In this document: piece after piece, positions 23,590-37,006 of the stretch
Numbering within the stretch: the stretch's first letter is position 1
Layout: each line of letters starts with the position of its first letter
DNA from: Octopus vulgaris
Lineage: Eukaryota
Assembly: GCA_951406725.2 (NCBI GenBank)
Contig: OX597817.1
Span: 99,882,001-99,946,000, forward strand
Direction: 5' to 3'
Length of the DNA stretch: 64,000 bases
The notes under the pieces: model-generated
Databases searched by the model: none
Told to the model about the DNA's origin: nothing
What the model saw: only the letters and a program-made list of their open reading frames with translations
Translations under genes and position numbers: made by a program

Positions 23590-25747
23590 ACATATGGCTT
23601 TTGTTGACATGGAGAAAGCCTTCGACAGGGTCCCCCGATCCCTCATCTGGTGGTCAATGAGGAAACTAGGAATAGATGAATGGTTAGTGAGAGCTGTGCA
23701 AGCCATGTACAGGGACACTGCTAGTAAGGTGAGGGTTGGCAACGAGTACAGTGAAGAATTCCGGGTAGAGGTAGGGGTCCACCAAGGCTCAGTCCTCAGC
23801 CCCCTCTTATTTATCGTAGTCCTCTATGCAATAACGGAGGAATTCAAGACAGGATGCCCCTGGGAGCTCCTCTATGCTGATGACCTTGCTCTAATTGCTG
23901 AGTCACTATCAGAACTGGAGAAGAAGTTTTAGGTGTGGAAGCAAGGTTTAGAATCGAAGGGCCTTAGAGTCAACCTAGCTAAAACCAAAGTCGTAATAAG
24001 TAGGAAGGTAGACAAATCACAAACGCCTTCAGGTAGATGGCCCTGCTCGATCTGTAGAAAAGGTGTAGGTAGAAACTCTATAAGATGCACCAAGTGTAAG
24101 CTATGGACACATAAGAGGTGCAGCAATGTCATAGGAAGGCTAACTAGGAAGATGGTTTTTGTATGTGGCAGATGCTCGGGAGCATTAACCTCTGAAAATC
24201 TGCAGAAAACAACTTCCGTCACTTTCCAGGGGGAAAAACTAGAAGTAGTTGATAGCTTCCGTTATCTTGGTGACCAAGTCAGTAGTGGGGGTGGGTGTGC
24301 TGAAAGTGTAATGGCTAGAGTAAGAATAGCCTGGGCAAAGTTTAGGGAGCTCTTACCTCTGTTGGTGACTAAAGGCCTCTCGCTCAGAGTAAAAGGCAGA
24401 CTGTATGATGCATGTGTACGAACAGCCATGCTACATGGCAGTGAAACATGGGCCATGACTGCTGAGGACATGCGTAAGCTCGCGAGAAATGAAGCTAGTA
24501 TGCTCCGTTGGATGTGTAATGTCAGTGTTCATAGTCGACAGAGTGTAAGTACCTTGAGAGAAAAGTTGGACATCAGATGTTGTGTGCAAGAGAGACGATT
24601 GCGCTGGTATGGTCATGTGGCAAGAATGGATGAAGACAGGTGTGTGAAAAAGTGCCACACCCTGGCAGTTGATGAGACATGTGGAAGAGGTAGACCCAGG
24701 AAAACCTGGGTTGAGGTGGTGAAGCACGACCTTCGAACTCTGGGTCTCACCAAGGAAATGACCAGAGACCGAGACCTATGGAAGTATGCTGTGCGTCAGA
24801 AGACCCGGCAAGACCAGTGATCAAAATCAAATCATATATCAGAAAGCAGGGGTTAAGTGACCCATCCGTTCGTGTCCGCTGCCAGCCTCGTCTGGCACCC
24901 GTGTCGGTGTTACGTAAAAGCACCATTCGCTCGTGGCCGTTTGCCAGCTCTGTCTGGCCCCCGTGTCGGTGGCACGTAAAAGCACCATCCGTTCATGTTT
25001 GTTGCCAGCCTCGCCTGGCCCCGTGCCGGTGACACGTAAAAGCACCGTCCGTTCGTGGCCGTTTGCCAGCTCTGTCTGGCCCCGTGTCGGTGGCACATAA
25101 AAGCACCATCCATTCATGTCCGTTGCCAGCCTCGGCTGGCCCCCGTGCCGGTGACACATAAAAGCACCGTCCGTTCGTGGCCGTTTGCCAGCTCTGTCTG
25201 GCCCCGTGTCGGTGGCACGTAAAAGCACCATCCGTTCGTGTTCGTTGCCAGCCTCGGCTGGCCCCCGTGCTGGTGACACGTAAAAGCACCGTCCGTTCGT
25301 GGGCGTTTGCCAGCTCTGTCTGGCCCCGTGTCGGTGGCACGTAAAAGCACCATCTGTTCATGTTCGTTGCCAGCCTCGGCTGGCCCCCGTGCCGGTGACA
25401 TGTAAAAGCACTGTCCGTTCGTGGCCGTTTGCCAGCTCTGTCTGGCCCCGTGTCGGTGGCACGTAAAAGCACCATCCGTTTGTGTCCGTTGCCAGCATCG
25501 CCTGGCCCCGTGCCGGTGACACGTAAAAGCACCATCCGTTCGGTTTGCCAGCTCTGTCTGGTTCCTGTGCAGGTGGCACGTAAAAAACACCCACTACACT
25601 CGCGGAGTGGTTGGCGTTAGGAAGGGCATCCAGCCGTAGAAACACTGCCAGATCTGACTGGGCCTGACAAAGCCTTCCAGCTTCACAGACCCCAGTTGAC
25701 CCGTCCAACCCATGCTAGCATGGAAAGCGGACGCTAAATGATGATGA
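23590..25747 (+). mobile_element. 5'-truncated RTE LINE (RT with PHD insertion, one in-frame stop at 23930)
   Basis: AFVDMEKAFDRVP, GVHQGSVLSP, LYADDL, YLG, LRWYGHV, GRGRPRKTW; 3' UTR ends GCTAAATGATGATGAT. Confidence 0.95.
24861..25590. repeat. ~60-bp tandem repeat in the LINE 3' UTR, about 12 units alternating A/B (121-bp dimer)
   Basis: cacgtaaaagcacc recurs every 60-62 bp, with alternating gccagcctcggctgg / gccagctctgtctgg. Confidence 0.95.
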
Positions 25748-27162
25748 TATATATAATACTCATACATGCATGTATGTACCCACTCATACACATACACATG
25801 TTAAAATACACATACATCTTGTAACTGGCTGTATGTGATATGCCATATCAATTCGATACTAAATGTAGCGTATAGATGTAACACTTCAAGGTTCTTGCAT
25901 CATAGTAACCAGCGAACATCGAAGAATTAACACCAAGAAGGAAGAAATATTAATTACATATATTCATTCGTTTACCCAACAGGTTGTTAAAGAGACAGTA
26001 ACAGTTCTAGTGATAGTGACGACAAGGATGACTTGCTGGTTAGTAGCCGATATGGTTGTCTGTCAGTAGAGAGTGAAAGAGTAAGGTAGTCATGCTGCTG
26101 ACTAGAAAGGAAGAAAGGCAGCAGCATCTTTCTTACGGCTGAAAGCCTCTCTTAGCATGCTGAGCAAAGGGTGAAGGGAAGTGCTGCTCTTGGTTAAGGC
26201 TGATGCAAAACATAATTTCTGTAATTCATTGTGGTAGCACACATTTTTCTTTGAGAATGTTTTCTGACACACAGTTTCTGTTTTATTGTTACTTATATTT
26301 CACTGCTTCATCCTTTAATGGGAGAAAAATACTGAAGAAATATATATATATATATAAGGACTTGCTTATACCCAAGAAATGGACAATGCACAGGTAAAAA
26401 TTATTTCTATAATGCCATTCTCTATTAGTAAATTTTGTTTCTCATAACAATTTAAAGAAATGTTAGACAATTTATTTTAATAACATAAACTGTCTGCATA
26501 AAGAATCAAATATAAAAATAATTAAAAACTGGAAAGTTTTGTAATTAGGGGCAGGGTAAGGTTGAATATTTAAAATAATTTGCAGCGTGTAAGATATTTG
26601 TAAGCAACTCCTGAACAACAAAAACTGTTACTTTGACTGCAACATATAAATTTCATTTGTGTCTAAATATTTTTGTTCTCTGAAACCACAGCAAAACCCT
26701 GACAAAAATTCATGTTACACCTGTTTTGTCAGTGAACAAGTCTCGGTTTCAAAGCGACAAAAATATTGAGATTGAAATGAGATTTAAATGTTGCAGTGAA
26801 ACCAAATTTTTTTTGTGTGCGTGTGTGTGTGTGCATATGTTCATGAATAGCTTACAAACATCCACACTGCAATTGTTTTTGTTAATACCATTATATAGAA
26901 GACAGAATCGAAAACATTTTGTGTGCTAATTTTTGTTTTCATTGTTTATAGCATAGATAATTTTTTCCGTCTGAAATGCCACGTTCAGCCTCCAGGACGC
27001 ATTGCTCAGCCCGAGGCAATAGTTGAAACCACTTACTCGCGAACGGTGGGGTAGTAGAGGACCAGGAGAATTCACATGATTCGATTTTTTTCCCTAAAGA
27101 AAATGGATATTCTTCCCAACCACATGGTTCCAGGTACAGTCCCATTGCATGGCACCTTGGGC

Positions 27163-27990
27163 AAACACTAGAGTTAAAAGGTCTTGTTGTAGACCTATTG
27201 CACAATTTTTTTTTTTGGTTTGGGTCTAACATTGGAGTTTAAAAGTCAAGGTCTGAGAATGTTAATTTTCCAAGTCCTCTTCCTCACTACCACCCCGTTC
27301 GTGAGCGCGCATTTTTTTTCATATTCGTTTACTACATGTTGTTGTATACTTATTACACCATTTTTTTTTGGCTGTGGTGAGACAACTTGGAACATTCACA
27401 ATGTGAACTTTCCGAGTCCTCTCCCCCACCCATTCGCAAGCACGCATTTTTTTTCATATTTGTTTACAGTAAGTTGTTTTACACCTATTACACTAATTTT
27501 TAATTAATTTTTTGCTTGGGTCAAACACTAGAGTTTAAAGGTCATTGTCTGACGATGTGAACTTTCCGAGTCCTCTCCCCACCCCATTTGCGAATGCACA
27601 TTCTTTTTTCATATTTGTTTACTACATGTTATTGTACACCTATTACATTAATTTTTAATTATTTTTTTGCTTGGGTCAAACACTAGAGTTTAAAGGTCAT
27701 GGTCTGACAATGTGAATTTTCTGAGTCCTCTACCCCACCCCCTGTTGGCGAGTGCACATTTTTTTTCATATTCGTTCACAGCAAGTTGTTTTACACCTAT
27801 TACACTATTTTTCTTTGTTTTTTGGCTGTGGTGAGACAACTCGGAACATTCACAATGTGAACTTTCTGAGTCCTCTCCCCCACCCCGCCATTCGCAAGCG
27901 CACATTTATTCATATTCGTATACTACATATTGTTGTACACCTATTACACTAATTTTTAATTTCTTTTTTGCTTGGGCCAAACACTTTGGT
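27163..27990 (-). repeat. Inverted copy of the ~150-bp minisatellite, about 6 units
   Basis: Reverse complement of the 17335-18585 units. Confidence 0.9.
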
Positions 27991-28369
27991 TTGACCGAAT
28001 AATGTCCCTAATGCAGAAACACTCATACACTCACAGACACATAAACACACATATACAAAATGTGACGTTGTCGTCAAATGTGGAAACACACACATCGACA
28101 GACATATACACATGCATACACTCACACACATACACACTCATATACAAAATGTGATGCTGTTGTCGTCATGGTATAAAATGTCCTGTACTAACTATATTTG
28201 AGTATAGAAAGATTATCTCTATAAAATGTTATATTGTTTTTAATCAAAATATTAAAAAAAAATAGCAATATGACCCATCATTGCCGATTCATAGAGCTAG
28301 TGCATGTATATATGTGTATATATATGTGTACATATTACATGTACATCTATATATATACATCTGCACATA

Positions 28370-29680
28370 AAATACAAAATATCCGGGATGTCCTACGTCC
28401 CAGATATAAAGGTAAAAATAAAATATTTCCACTTTGCAAGGTTTGAGTTGAGTACTCCCTTGCACGCTCCGTTGACTCGAACCTTGCTTCTATTGTGGTG
28501 AATTTACCGCCTTTGGTTAGATATCTTTCATAGTCGCACCAAGACACTTTTCAATGGTGCTTTCCTCCAGATGTTCAAATCTTTTTTTTCTTTACATTGT
28601 AAACTTTATAGACAATAGTCTTTTCTTTAATTTAATTTTTTATTTCGTTTGGTAGTGTTATCCTAGATTCACCGTCTTTGTCGGTGACCAATCCAAAATA
28701 GGTTTGTATTTCTTCCCTTTTAATTTTAATGAGTTCACGCCCGCCGACGGCTGCAGCGAAATTCATTTTTGGACTTTCTTCTATCGAAGGCATTCTAACA
28801 AAAATGCTTCCGTATAAACGGTGAAAATATTGTCAATTTCCCCAAACAGGGACACAATTCAATTTTCAAACAATAGCCAAAGCTCCTTCTCCCAAAGGGG
28901 GAGGGTTACGGTTTACAATTATTTAACAAATGCAACACAACAACGCTTCCCTTACGAGGAACCAACAAACGTGATAACAATAGTTAAACAGTAATAATAA
29001 CAACAAACCATACGGTGAATCAAAAAGCAGTACGCAGTTGAAGCTATAGTCCTTTATGTATAAGAAATAAACCAACAGCAGTACTCAGTAGAAGTGGCTG
29101 TTTGAGAAAACAGACATTACATACAACCAAACTTCATATAGATACTTAATGCTAGCTAATTAGCAGATAATCTAATGTAAATGCTGTGGTAAACGGTATG
29201 TGCACAGCTCCATCTGGACTATTCCATTCCTGCATGCTAATTTTATTTTTCATTTATTCCCATTCATGCGAAACCACTTATTCAAGTTCAAGTCATTGAT
29301 GCAATTTTATACCAATTGCTATTTTTACTATTGTTATGTTACGATTACATTATACTTTAGTTTGATTTTAATTATTACTTACTACATATAATTCAATTGT
29401 TATTATTATCTCAAATTGTTATTGTTAAAGTGAAAGTATCTGACATAAAATAGAGAAATGTTTTTGTTTCACTTTTAACACGTAATACTGAAATAGTGGA
29501 GAAGATACGATATCGCTCTGGGCTCGCCCTAGGCAAGAAGTTGAACATTTTTTTGCCCATGAAACTACATGGACCCTAAGTAAGGCATGTGTAAAATTTG
29601 AATGAAATTGGTTGTGTAGTTCTCAAGTTTTAGGGAAACACACAGACAGACAGACATTCTCAGTTTTATATATGTAGAGA
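28370..29680 (-). mobile_element. Helitron 5' portion (left boundary uncertain)
   Basis: Minus strand starts A|TCTCTACATATATAAAACTGAGAATGTCTGTCTG; 29430-29670 is homologous to 32130-32340. Confidence 0.6.
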
Positions 29681-30628
29681 TTATGGTGACACTGGTGGGG
29701 TGTGATACTATTACCTTGTAAAATTTTATTTGATGGAGCCGTTCGATATATGTATATATGTGTATGTGTATATATATATATATATATTAATAAATGAAAT
29801 AAAACATATGCATATATATAAACATATATGTACGTACCTACCTCTACATGTACATATACACGCATATATGAGTACAGGACACCAAAGGGACGTCGAACAC
29901 AAAGAGAAATGAAAATATAGACACAAACCAAAGGAACTGGACATTTTTTTAAAAACAACAAAAAATGGAGTACAGGACAATTAACACAAAGAAAAAAAAC
30001 CCTTCTTCAGTCACTATGGTTTCATCTACTCTACGTTTCGAAGGATAAAAACAAGATGTATCTTCGACAAGAAACTTTCCTTCCTGCGAAAAGCAAATCA
30101 ATTAAAATTCTGAGATCTTTTCGCAGAGGGGTAAAAAATGGTAAAAAAACAGGACAGTAACGACAGTACAAAAATATAAACAGTAAAAGACAGGACAGGG
30201 AAAAACAAGATAAGAAGGGCTGTTGACGCCGAACGAAAAAAGTATTGCAAACGCAGAATTTTTTGTGAACGACAGGGGAGCAGGAAGAATGTCGTCCAGT
30301 TACCTTGAAAGGCCAGGCCAGAAAGACAGTCAGAGCGGAAGTATCGTCGCGGGTGGACGATGGGAAGGGGGGAGGAGGAGCAAAAGGAAGGGAGAGAAGA
30401 AGGGGAATGGCTGCGAGGAAACCATGAAGAATGGTAAGGGGGAGAGAGAGAGTGAAGAATGAGAGAGAGAGGAAGAGACAAGTTAAGTAGAGGAAAAAGA
30501 AAATCAAAGAATAGGGATGGGACAGAAAGGTGAAGAGTGCGCATCAGAGTTAATATCAAGACCAAAACTTGATATACAGAACAATCTTACTTAAGGGGGT
30601 GCGTGCGTTTTGTCATATAATATATTAA

Positions 30629-31711
30629 CCCTTTCGTTACTATATTTCTGACCAAAATACACCCCTTATGTGTTTCAATTAATTTCTAACGTAATCATAA
30701 ATTTAGTCTGGTTTCATTAAACAACTATAACTTTTTTATTTATCAATATATTAATCTGATTTTTGGAAGATAATTTAATGAAATATTCTCAACCAATTCT
30801 ATACTATAATTTTTGTCACAAAGTGACTCTAATTGCAGGTAGATACAGGTAAATTCAACAAAATATAAAATTAAAATTTTGTTCAAACATCGCTATAGAA
30901 AATGGGTTATTAGCTAATATTCAATTGGGTATACAACAAAATTTTACGATAGAATTTGTTATTCTGGGTAACTTTCTGATACCCATAATAATATTTACGG
31001 CAAAATAGTCTTAATTTCATTTAAGGTTATGGGAAACCACAAACTATCGTTTCTTTCGCTTTGTTTATGTTTAGCGTAACGGTTCGTTTCCGCCGTAATG
31101 ATTTCAAATAGGCTCATTCGAAAAAGTAAAAAGAAATAGTTTACGGCTTTACTCTTCTGGGAAAGTCTGTGGCTTGGTCCAGTTTCTTCAGAAAAATCAC
31201 CGAAAGAAACAGTTTTTAAATTTTCACTCCATTCAGGTGCCAATTCGTTTTCTTTATCGCGGTCGGAGCTCTCGAATTCACTGTTTTCACTTTCGGAAAA
31301 TGAAACATCAGATTCATTATCAAATACCATGTGCTTTTTTTTTTCAGTCATAGAGTTAGATTTATGAAGGTCTTCAGTAGAAAATCCTTCGAATTCTGAC
31401 TCGCTGCTTGATATAATGAAATTCGTATCCATTTTTTGTCAGAATTACAAATTTTGAAAACACAATAGGAACAAATTTCGGAAAAAAATCTCTCAAAATT
31501 CACGTAATTAAAATTACACTTCGATTATTGTACAAAACTGTAGTTGAACTGTTTACGAAGTATAATACATGTTTTCACGAATGTACTAAAGAGATTTGCT
31601 CTGATATTCTCATTTAAATATGAATAGGTAAATTCGGGCGGCTTTGGGCGGTTTGGTCACATTAACCAAAATTTTTTTCGGGCGGCTTTGGGCGGTTTGG
31701 TAACGAAAGGG
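30629..31711 (-). mobile_element. Internally deleted piggyBac element
   Basis: TTAA TSDs at 30625-30628 and 31712-31715; 12-bp TIR CCCTTTCGTTAC; subterminal GGCGGCTTTGGGCGGTTTGG repeats. Confidence 0.92.
30995..31432 (-). pseudogene. piggyBac transposase N-terminal fragment (145 aa, no catalytic DDD)
   Basis: Acidic N-terminus, then WSENL...FSEETGP...VNYFFLLF...IITAETNRYA...WFPITLNEIK (PGBD4-like N-terminus). Confidence 0.8.
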
Positions 31712-31889
31712 TTAATAAATGAAATAAAACATATGCATATATATAAACATATATGTACGTACCTACCTCTACATGTACATATACACGCATATATGAGTAC
31801 AGGACACCAAAGGGACGTCGAACACAAAGAGAAACGAAAACATAGACACAAACCAAAGGAACTGGACATTATATATATATATATATATA

Positions 31890-32345
31890 TATATATTAAC
31901 CAAATAGAAGCACATGTACAAACTGCTGATTTAACGGTAAATGCCACAATTATTATTATAGATAAATTTCTTAATATATATATATATATAAGCACATGTA
32001 TTAAATGTTAATTTAAGGGTTAATATGTAACTGTAAATGCGTTGCAACCTTGCAACAGCTGCGATAATTATCAAATTATAATTGAACAGTAAATGTTTAT
32101 TTTTTCTATACCTTGGACTTAGAATTAAAAGTGAAAGAATATTCCCTTTTGACATGTAATATCAAACCAATCTAAAATATTGCTCTTGGCCCACATTAGG
32201 CAAGAAGTTGAACATTTTTTTGGCCCATGACATTCCATGGACCTTAAGTAATGAATGTGTAAAATTTGAATGAAATTGGTTGGATAGTTCTTGAGTCTTA
32301 GGGATTCACACATACAGACACATTCTCAGTTTTATACATATATAT
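31890..32345 (-). mobile_element. Helitron 5' fragment (family of the element ending at 29680)
   Basis: gcaagaagttgaacatttttt...gacacattctcagttttata shared with 29530-29670. Confidence 0.6.
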
Positions 32346-32350
32346 ATATA

Positions 32351-33424
32351 TCTATATATATATAAAACTCAACTTGTGTGTCTGTGTGTGTATCTGTGTG
32401 TTTAACTTCCCGGCACATCTCCTAGCCAACAAATCGTAGAAGGACCAAAAATGGGTCACTTAAAGTTTAGGCGAATGAAAATTGAACTGCGCTATTTCTG
32501 TTCCGAAATTCATCTCACAAGTGCAAAAATCGATAATGTGTTTGTTTAGGCCTTATCCCATGCATTGAATAGTGAACTTCACTCAGTCAGCTGTTTGACG
32601 AGAACTGTGTTCACCACGTGTGCAAGCATGCGTAAATTGCATGAAAAATAAAAAATCAAGATATAAAAACGAATCGCCGTAAACATTGTAGAAATGTGGC
32701 AAAGTAATGAATTTTCGGGATGTAGCGTGGAGGGTTTTTTCGTATTAATCATTTGGACTTTGTGAACACATACCAATTGTTTTCATAATATTTTTAACAG
32801 TTTGAATTAAATGTGACCATTTTGCATTGAGTCTGCAGTTTGAATCACTTTAACCAAATTTTAGCAGGCCGGATTTTTGATCATCACGATACATTGCCAG
32901 AAACTCTCCCCTGAAATCTCCATCGAGAAATCTATATATATAAAACTCAACTTGTGTGTCTGTGTGTGTATCTGTGTGTTTAACTTTTGGATCTACCAAC
33001 TTTCATTATTAAGGATGGAAAGTAGTGTGTAGCAAATCTATATATATAAAGCTGAAGTTGTCTGTGTGTGGCAGGTTTGGTAGTCTTCAACTAACACTAT
33101 CTCCTTCGAGACCCTGCAGCGCAAGTTGACCAAAATTGAGAGTATGATAGAAGAAGGCTTGCTCTTCATTCTGTAGAAGATAAAATTCAAATCAGACCAT
33201 GTTAACACCAAAAATTATTTACATCAAAAAGGTGCTTTTTTTCTATGAAAATCCCTATTTTTTACGATGTTTGACTGCTGTGTCACCATTTTTCGGTATA
33301 TTTCAACTGGAAAAATGTTCACTTGAAGAGAATAACAAGTTGCATAATGTAAAATTTTTACTTTTCAAAAATTCTAATTCTAAAGGGTTGAAACAAACCC
33401 AAGCAACACCGGGTGATACTGCTA

Positions 33425-33425
<1 letters not shown>
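32351..33425 (+). mobile_element. Composite Helitron with three stacked 5' ends and one 3' end
   Basis: A|TCTATATATA(TA)TAAA starts at 32351, 32931 and 33037; CCCAAGCAACACCGGG hairpin followed by CTAG|T at 33422-33426. Confidence 0.8.
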
Positions 33426-33477
<52 letters not shown>

Positions 33478-33504
33478 CACACACAAGCATGTATATAACT
33501 ATAT

Positions 33505-34625
33505 ATATCAGTTGAATAAAGTTAAAACACAATCTGGATTCCATGGTTTTTATTATGGTATTTTAACATTAAAAAATATTTTGTAATCCCCATAAAGTTA
33601 AATTAGCACTTTCATACATAGTGTGATCAGCAGATTTTAAAAGTGTTTATCTAATATTAAAGTTCTTGACAACTTTAGTACTTCTTAGAATGCTCCAACA
33701 AGCTGAATTTTTAGAATACCTTTTTGACCAATCATTTTTAATATCATCAAAACAAATGTGCCAATCATAAAACATATTGAAAAATTAAAATATATAACTA
33801 ATCAAACACTTATCTTAAGCAAAGGCAACTACATAACCTAAAGAAACTATTAACAAAGGCAAAATTCAACATGAACAAATAGGATAAAACATTCACAGTA
33901 TCCAAGTGTAATGATAACAGATGTGGAACGTGTCAATACATACATATAGGTAGATCCGTTAGAACAAAAAATGGACAGATTTTCGCAAATGCAGATATGA
34001 ACTGCAAAAGCAGAAATTTGATCTACTACATTAAATGCCCGAATTGCGAGGAATTATATATAGGCGAGACAGGGAATGCATTATCAGAACGCTCACAAGT
34101 CTGCAGACAACAAATCCGGAACACCAATGTTCACCAAATTCCATTGAGCGAACATATAGAGACCTGTGGTCAGAAAATGCTTCTAAGTTTTCCTTTCCAC
34201 AAACTACGACACAAATGAGGCTGGAGAAAGATAAAAGAAAAACAGTTTATTAAAATGTTCAAACCTGTTCTGAACAGAAATAACAGCAAAAATATAACAA
34301 CCAGTTAATGATGTGGATTAAAAAATATCTCTAGCATATAAATATAAACAAGTTACAGAATATTGGTACACCTGGCAAACTGTGATGTTTAAGATCCATG
34401 CAGATTGGTCAAAAAGGTATTCTAAAAATCAGCTTGCTGGAGTGTTCTAAGAGGTACTAAAATTGTCAAGAACTCAACTGTCAGTTAAACACACTTGAAA
34501 TCTGATGATAATACTATGTATGAAAGCGCTAATTTAACTTTATGAGCATTACAAAATATTTTTTTAATACCATAATAAAAAACATGAAAATCAGACCATG
34601 TTTTAACTTAATCAACTGATATATT
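33505..34625 (+). mobile_element. 5'-truncated Penelope-like element with inverted pLTR, GIY-YIG remnant and 3' pLTR
   Basis: 33505-33733 is an inverted copy of 34403-34625; KCNDNRCGTC and MNCKSRNLIYYIKCPNCEELYIGETG...LSEHIETC. Confidence 0.9.
34495..34537 (+). ncRNA. Minimal type-I hammerhead ribozyme in the PLE pLTR
   Basis: AAAT-CTGATGA-TA-ATAC-TAT-GTAT-GAAA-GCGC-TA-ATTT with palindromic AGCGCT stem III; the inverted copy (~33600-33640) has decayed to CTGCTGA. Confidence 0.75.
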
Positions 34626-36232
34626 ATTCTATACACATTCACACAAATTCGAAACAAAATAACTATATATATACACACACTCATATATATACATGTATAT
34701 ACATACATACATATCCATTATTTATTATAATAATATATATATATATGTATACTAGCTTTTACTTATATTTTCATTTTAATTTTAATTATTTCATCTTATT
34801 TTATTTTATTATATTTTAATTTTAAGTAATTACAATTATTAACTTATAATTAATTTAATTTTTGTTATTTACTTATATACTATTTATTGGTAAGTCCTCC
34901 ACTGATATTATTTAATGCCAAATCCTGTTAATTATTATATATGTATTTATGTGTCCACTGATGCTTAAAAATATATATATATATATATAAGTACTACGAA
35001 TGTTTACACGCACATCATATGTGAAAATATATGGTGTGTATGTGTATGTCTGTTGTTACACATGAGTATACATATGGACATGTAGATGTGAGTGTAATTC
35101 TATTAGTTCGTTGGTAAGGGTTTAAATAGAAAAATATTAGTATTGTAATAACATTGGATTTATTATGTAGGGATGCTATCTGTTTATGCTATAAGGAGTT
35201 ATTTTGATTATATATCTTAGAATATTAGCGTATTTTAACTTCTTACAATTAATCTCTTATAATTTAATTATTATAAACCGATGTTAACTTAGTATATATA
35301 TATTTTTATGTCTTTTGATAGTCAAACAGAAATGGGTATTCTATACTTTACAATTTAGCGAATGTTTGAATATAGCATAGCGGTTAAGTTAGCGGACTTT
35401 TTAGTTATAAAATACTATGTTTACGAAAAATACGGTGTCATATGAATTATGTACCTTATGAAAAATTACATTCTCTATCTGGATATAATTATATGTATGT
35501 TTACATTTACTGTTTTATGGAAATATGTGAGTGGATCTACTTAGTTAATACCACGGCCTTGGTGTCGTTTTGGGGGGGGGGGGGCTTGATGTCTGCATGC
35601 ATGTATGTGCAATCGGTTGGGTTCCTCTGTTTTGCATGTGTATAGTTGCGATTCTACCTCTTATATTATTTATTTATTTATTTATGATTTGGCTGTGTAT
35701 GTGGCTATGTATGTGTGTATGTGTGTGTGTATACATATAACTATGTATGTATGTGCGTGTGCGTATGTATGTTTCTTGGCTAACTAACCGTAAAATTTCC
35801 ATTGTGATTCAAATTTAAAACTGTAAGCCAATCGAATCTATCTATGAAAATCAATATCAAGCGGACAGACGAATTCGACTTATTGAGTATATATGTGGAT
35901 GTCCGCTTGCTTTACATGGTACAATCATGGTTGTTGTTATTATTATTATTATTATTAATATTAATATTAATTTTATTGACTTTTTGTGTGGTTATACATT
36001 TTAATGAACTGGACTGTTAAATATATATGCCTGCTTTAAATTTAAATGTGAGTGTACATTTATTTCCTTGATGTTGGTTTTAGAACTATGAGTTCAATAT
36101 GGAACATTATTGTGTTTGTTAATGTATATTGATATATATTTTTTATATTGTATTAATGTGTATATATATATGTGTAGAATTATGAGTGTCTATGCACACA
36201 TTTTTATATTTTTATATTTATTTCTTTTTTTT

Positions 36233-36620
36233 TTCTTTTACTTGTTTCAGTCATTTGACTGTGGCCATGCTGGAGCACCGCCTTTAGTCGAGCAAATCGA
36301 CCTTGGGACTTATTCTTTGTAAGCCCAGTACTTATTCTATCGGTCTCTTTTGCCGAACCGCTAAGTGACGGGGACGTAAACACACCAGCATCGGTTGTCA
36401 AGCAATGCTAGGGGGACAAACACAGAAACACAAACACACACATATATATATATACATATATACGACAGGCTTCTTTCAGTTTCCGTCTACCAAATCCACT
36501 CACAAGGCATTGGTTGGCCCGGGGCTATAGCAGAAGACACTTGCCCAAGATGCCACGCAGTGGGACTGAACCCGCAACCATGTGGTTGGTTAGCAAGCTA
36601 CTTACCACACAGTCACTCCT
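36233..36620 (-). mobile_element. tRNA-derived SINE, full length
   Basis: Reverse-complement homolog of 570-944. Confidence 0.9.
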
Positions 36621-37006
36621 TACATACTTACATTAAATTCTCTGAAGACATTCTTGTTAATGTCTCATTTATACCCGCTTTATATGGCTAATAGGTTAAA
36701 TGGGACATACCTGTCTTCACGGCCGAAACAGCTGTCAGCTACGATGTAATTGTATTTTCTATTTCTATTTCTATGTCTAGTTATATTTGTATTATATTAT
36801 GTATAATGTCATTGCTGTTGTGTAATGGTTTAATAAAGTATTGATTGGGTATTATCTGATGGTTGATGATTGATTTAGGTATGTTTCTCCATTTTCTCAT
36901 TTTGTATACATATATATATATACATATAAATATATATATATATACATATATATATATGTATATATGTATATATATATATATATGTATATATATATTTATA
37001 TATATA

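Larger units (their letters stand above)
29787..31870 (-). repeat. ~160-bp direct repeats (29787-29945 and 31712-31870) flanking a purine-rich segment; probable PLE-type partial tandem, interrupted by piggyBac
   Basis: ttaataaatgaaataaaacatatgc...caaaggaactggacatt is present twice, near-identical. Confidence 0.7.

Noticed and set aside
24861-25590. CRISPR-like regular repeat
   Set aside because: No unique spacers, no cas genes, and it lies inside a eukaryotic LINE 3' UTR
29995-30075. Minus-strand GAAACGUA with nearby UUGUCGA and CUGAAGA as a type-I or type-II hammerhead
   Set aside because: Stems do not close convincingly in either topology; possibly a decayed relative
36635-36745. CTGAAGA ... 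GAAACAGCTGTC hammerhead candidate
   Set aside because: Good palindromic stem III and GUC, but the core halves are about 80 nt apart with no clear stem I or II closure
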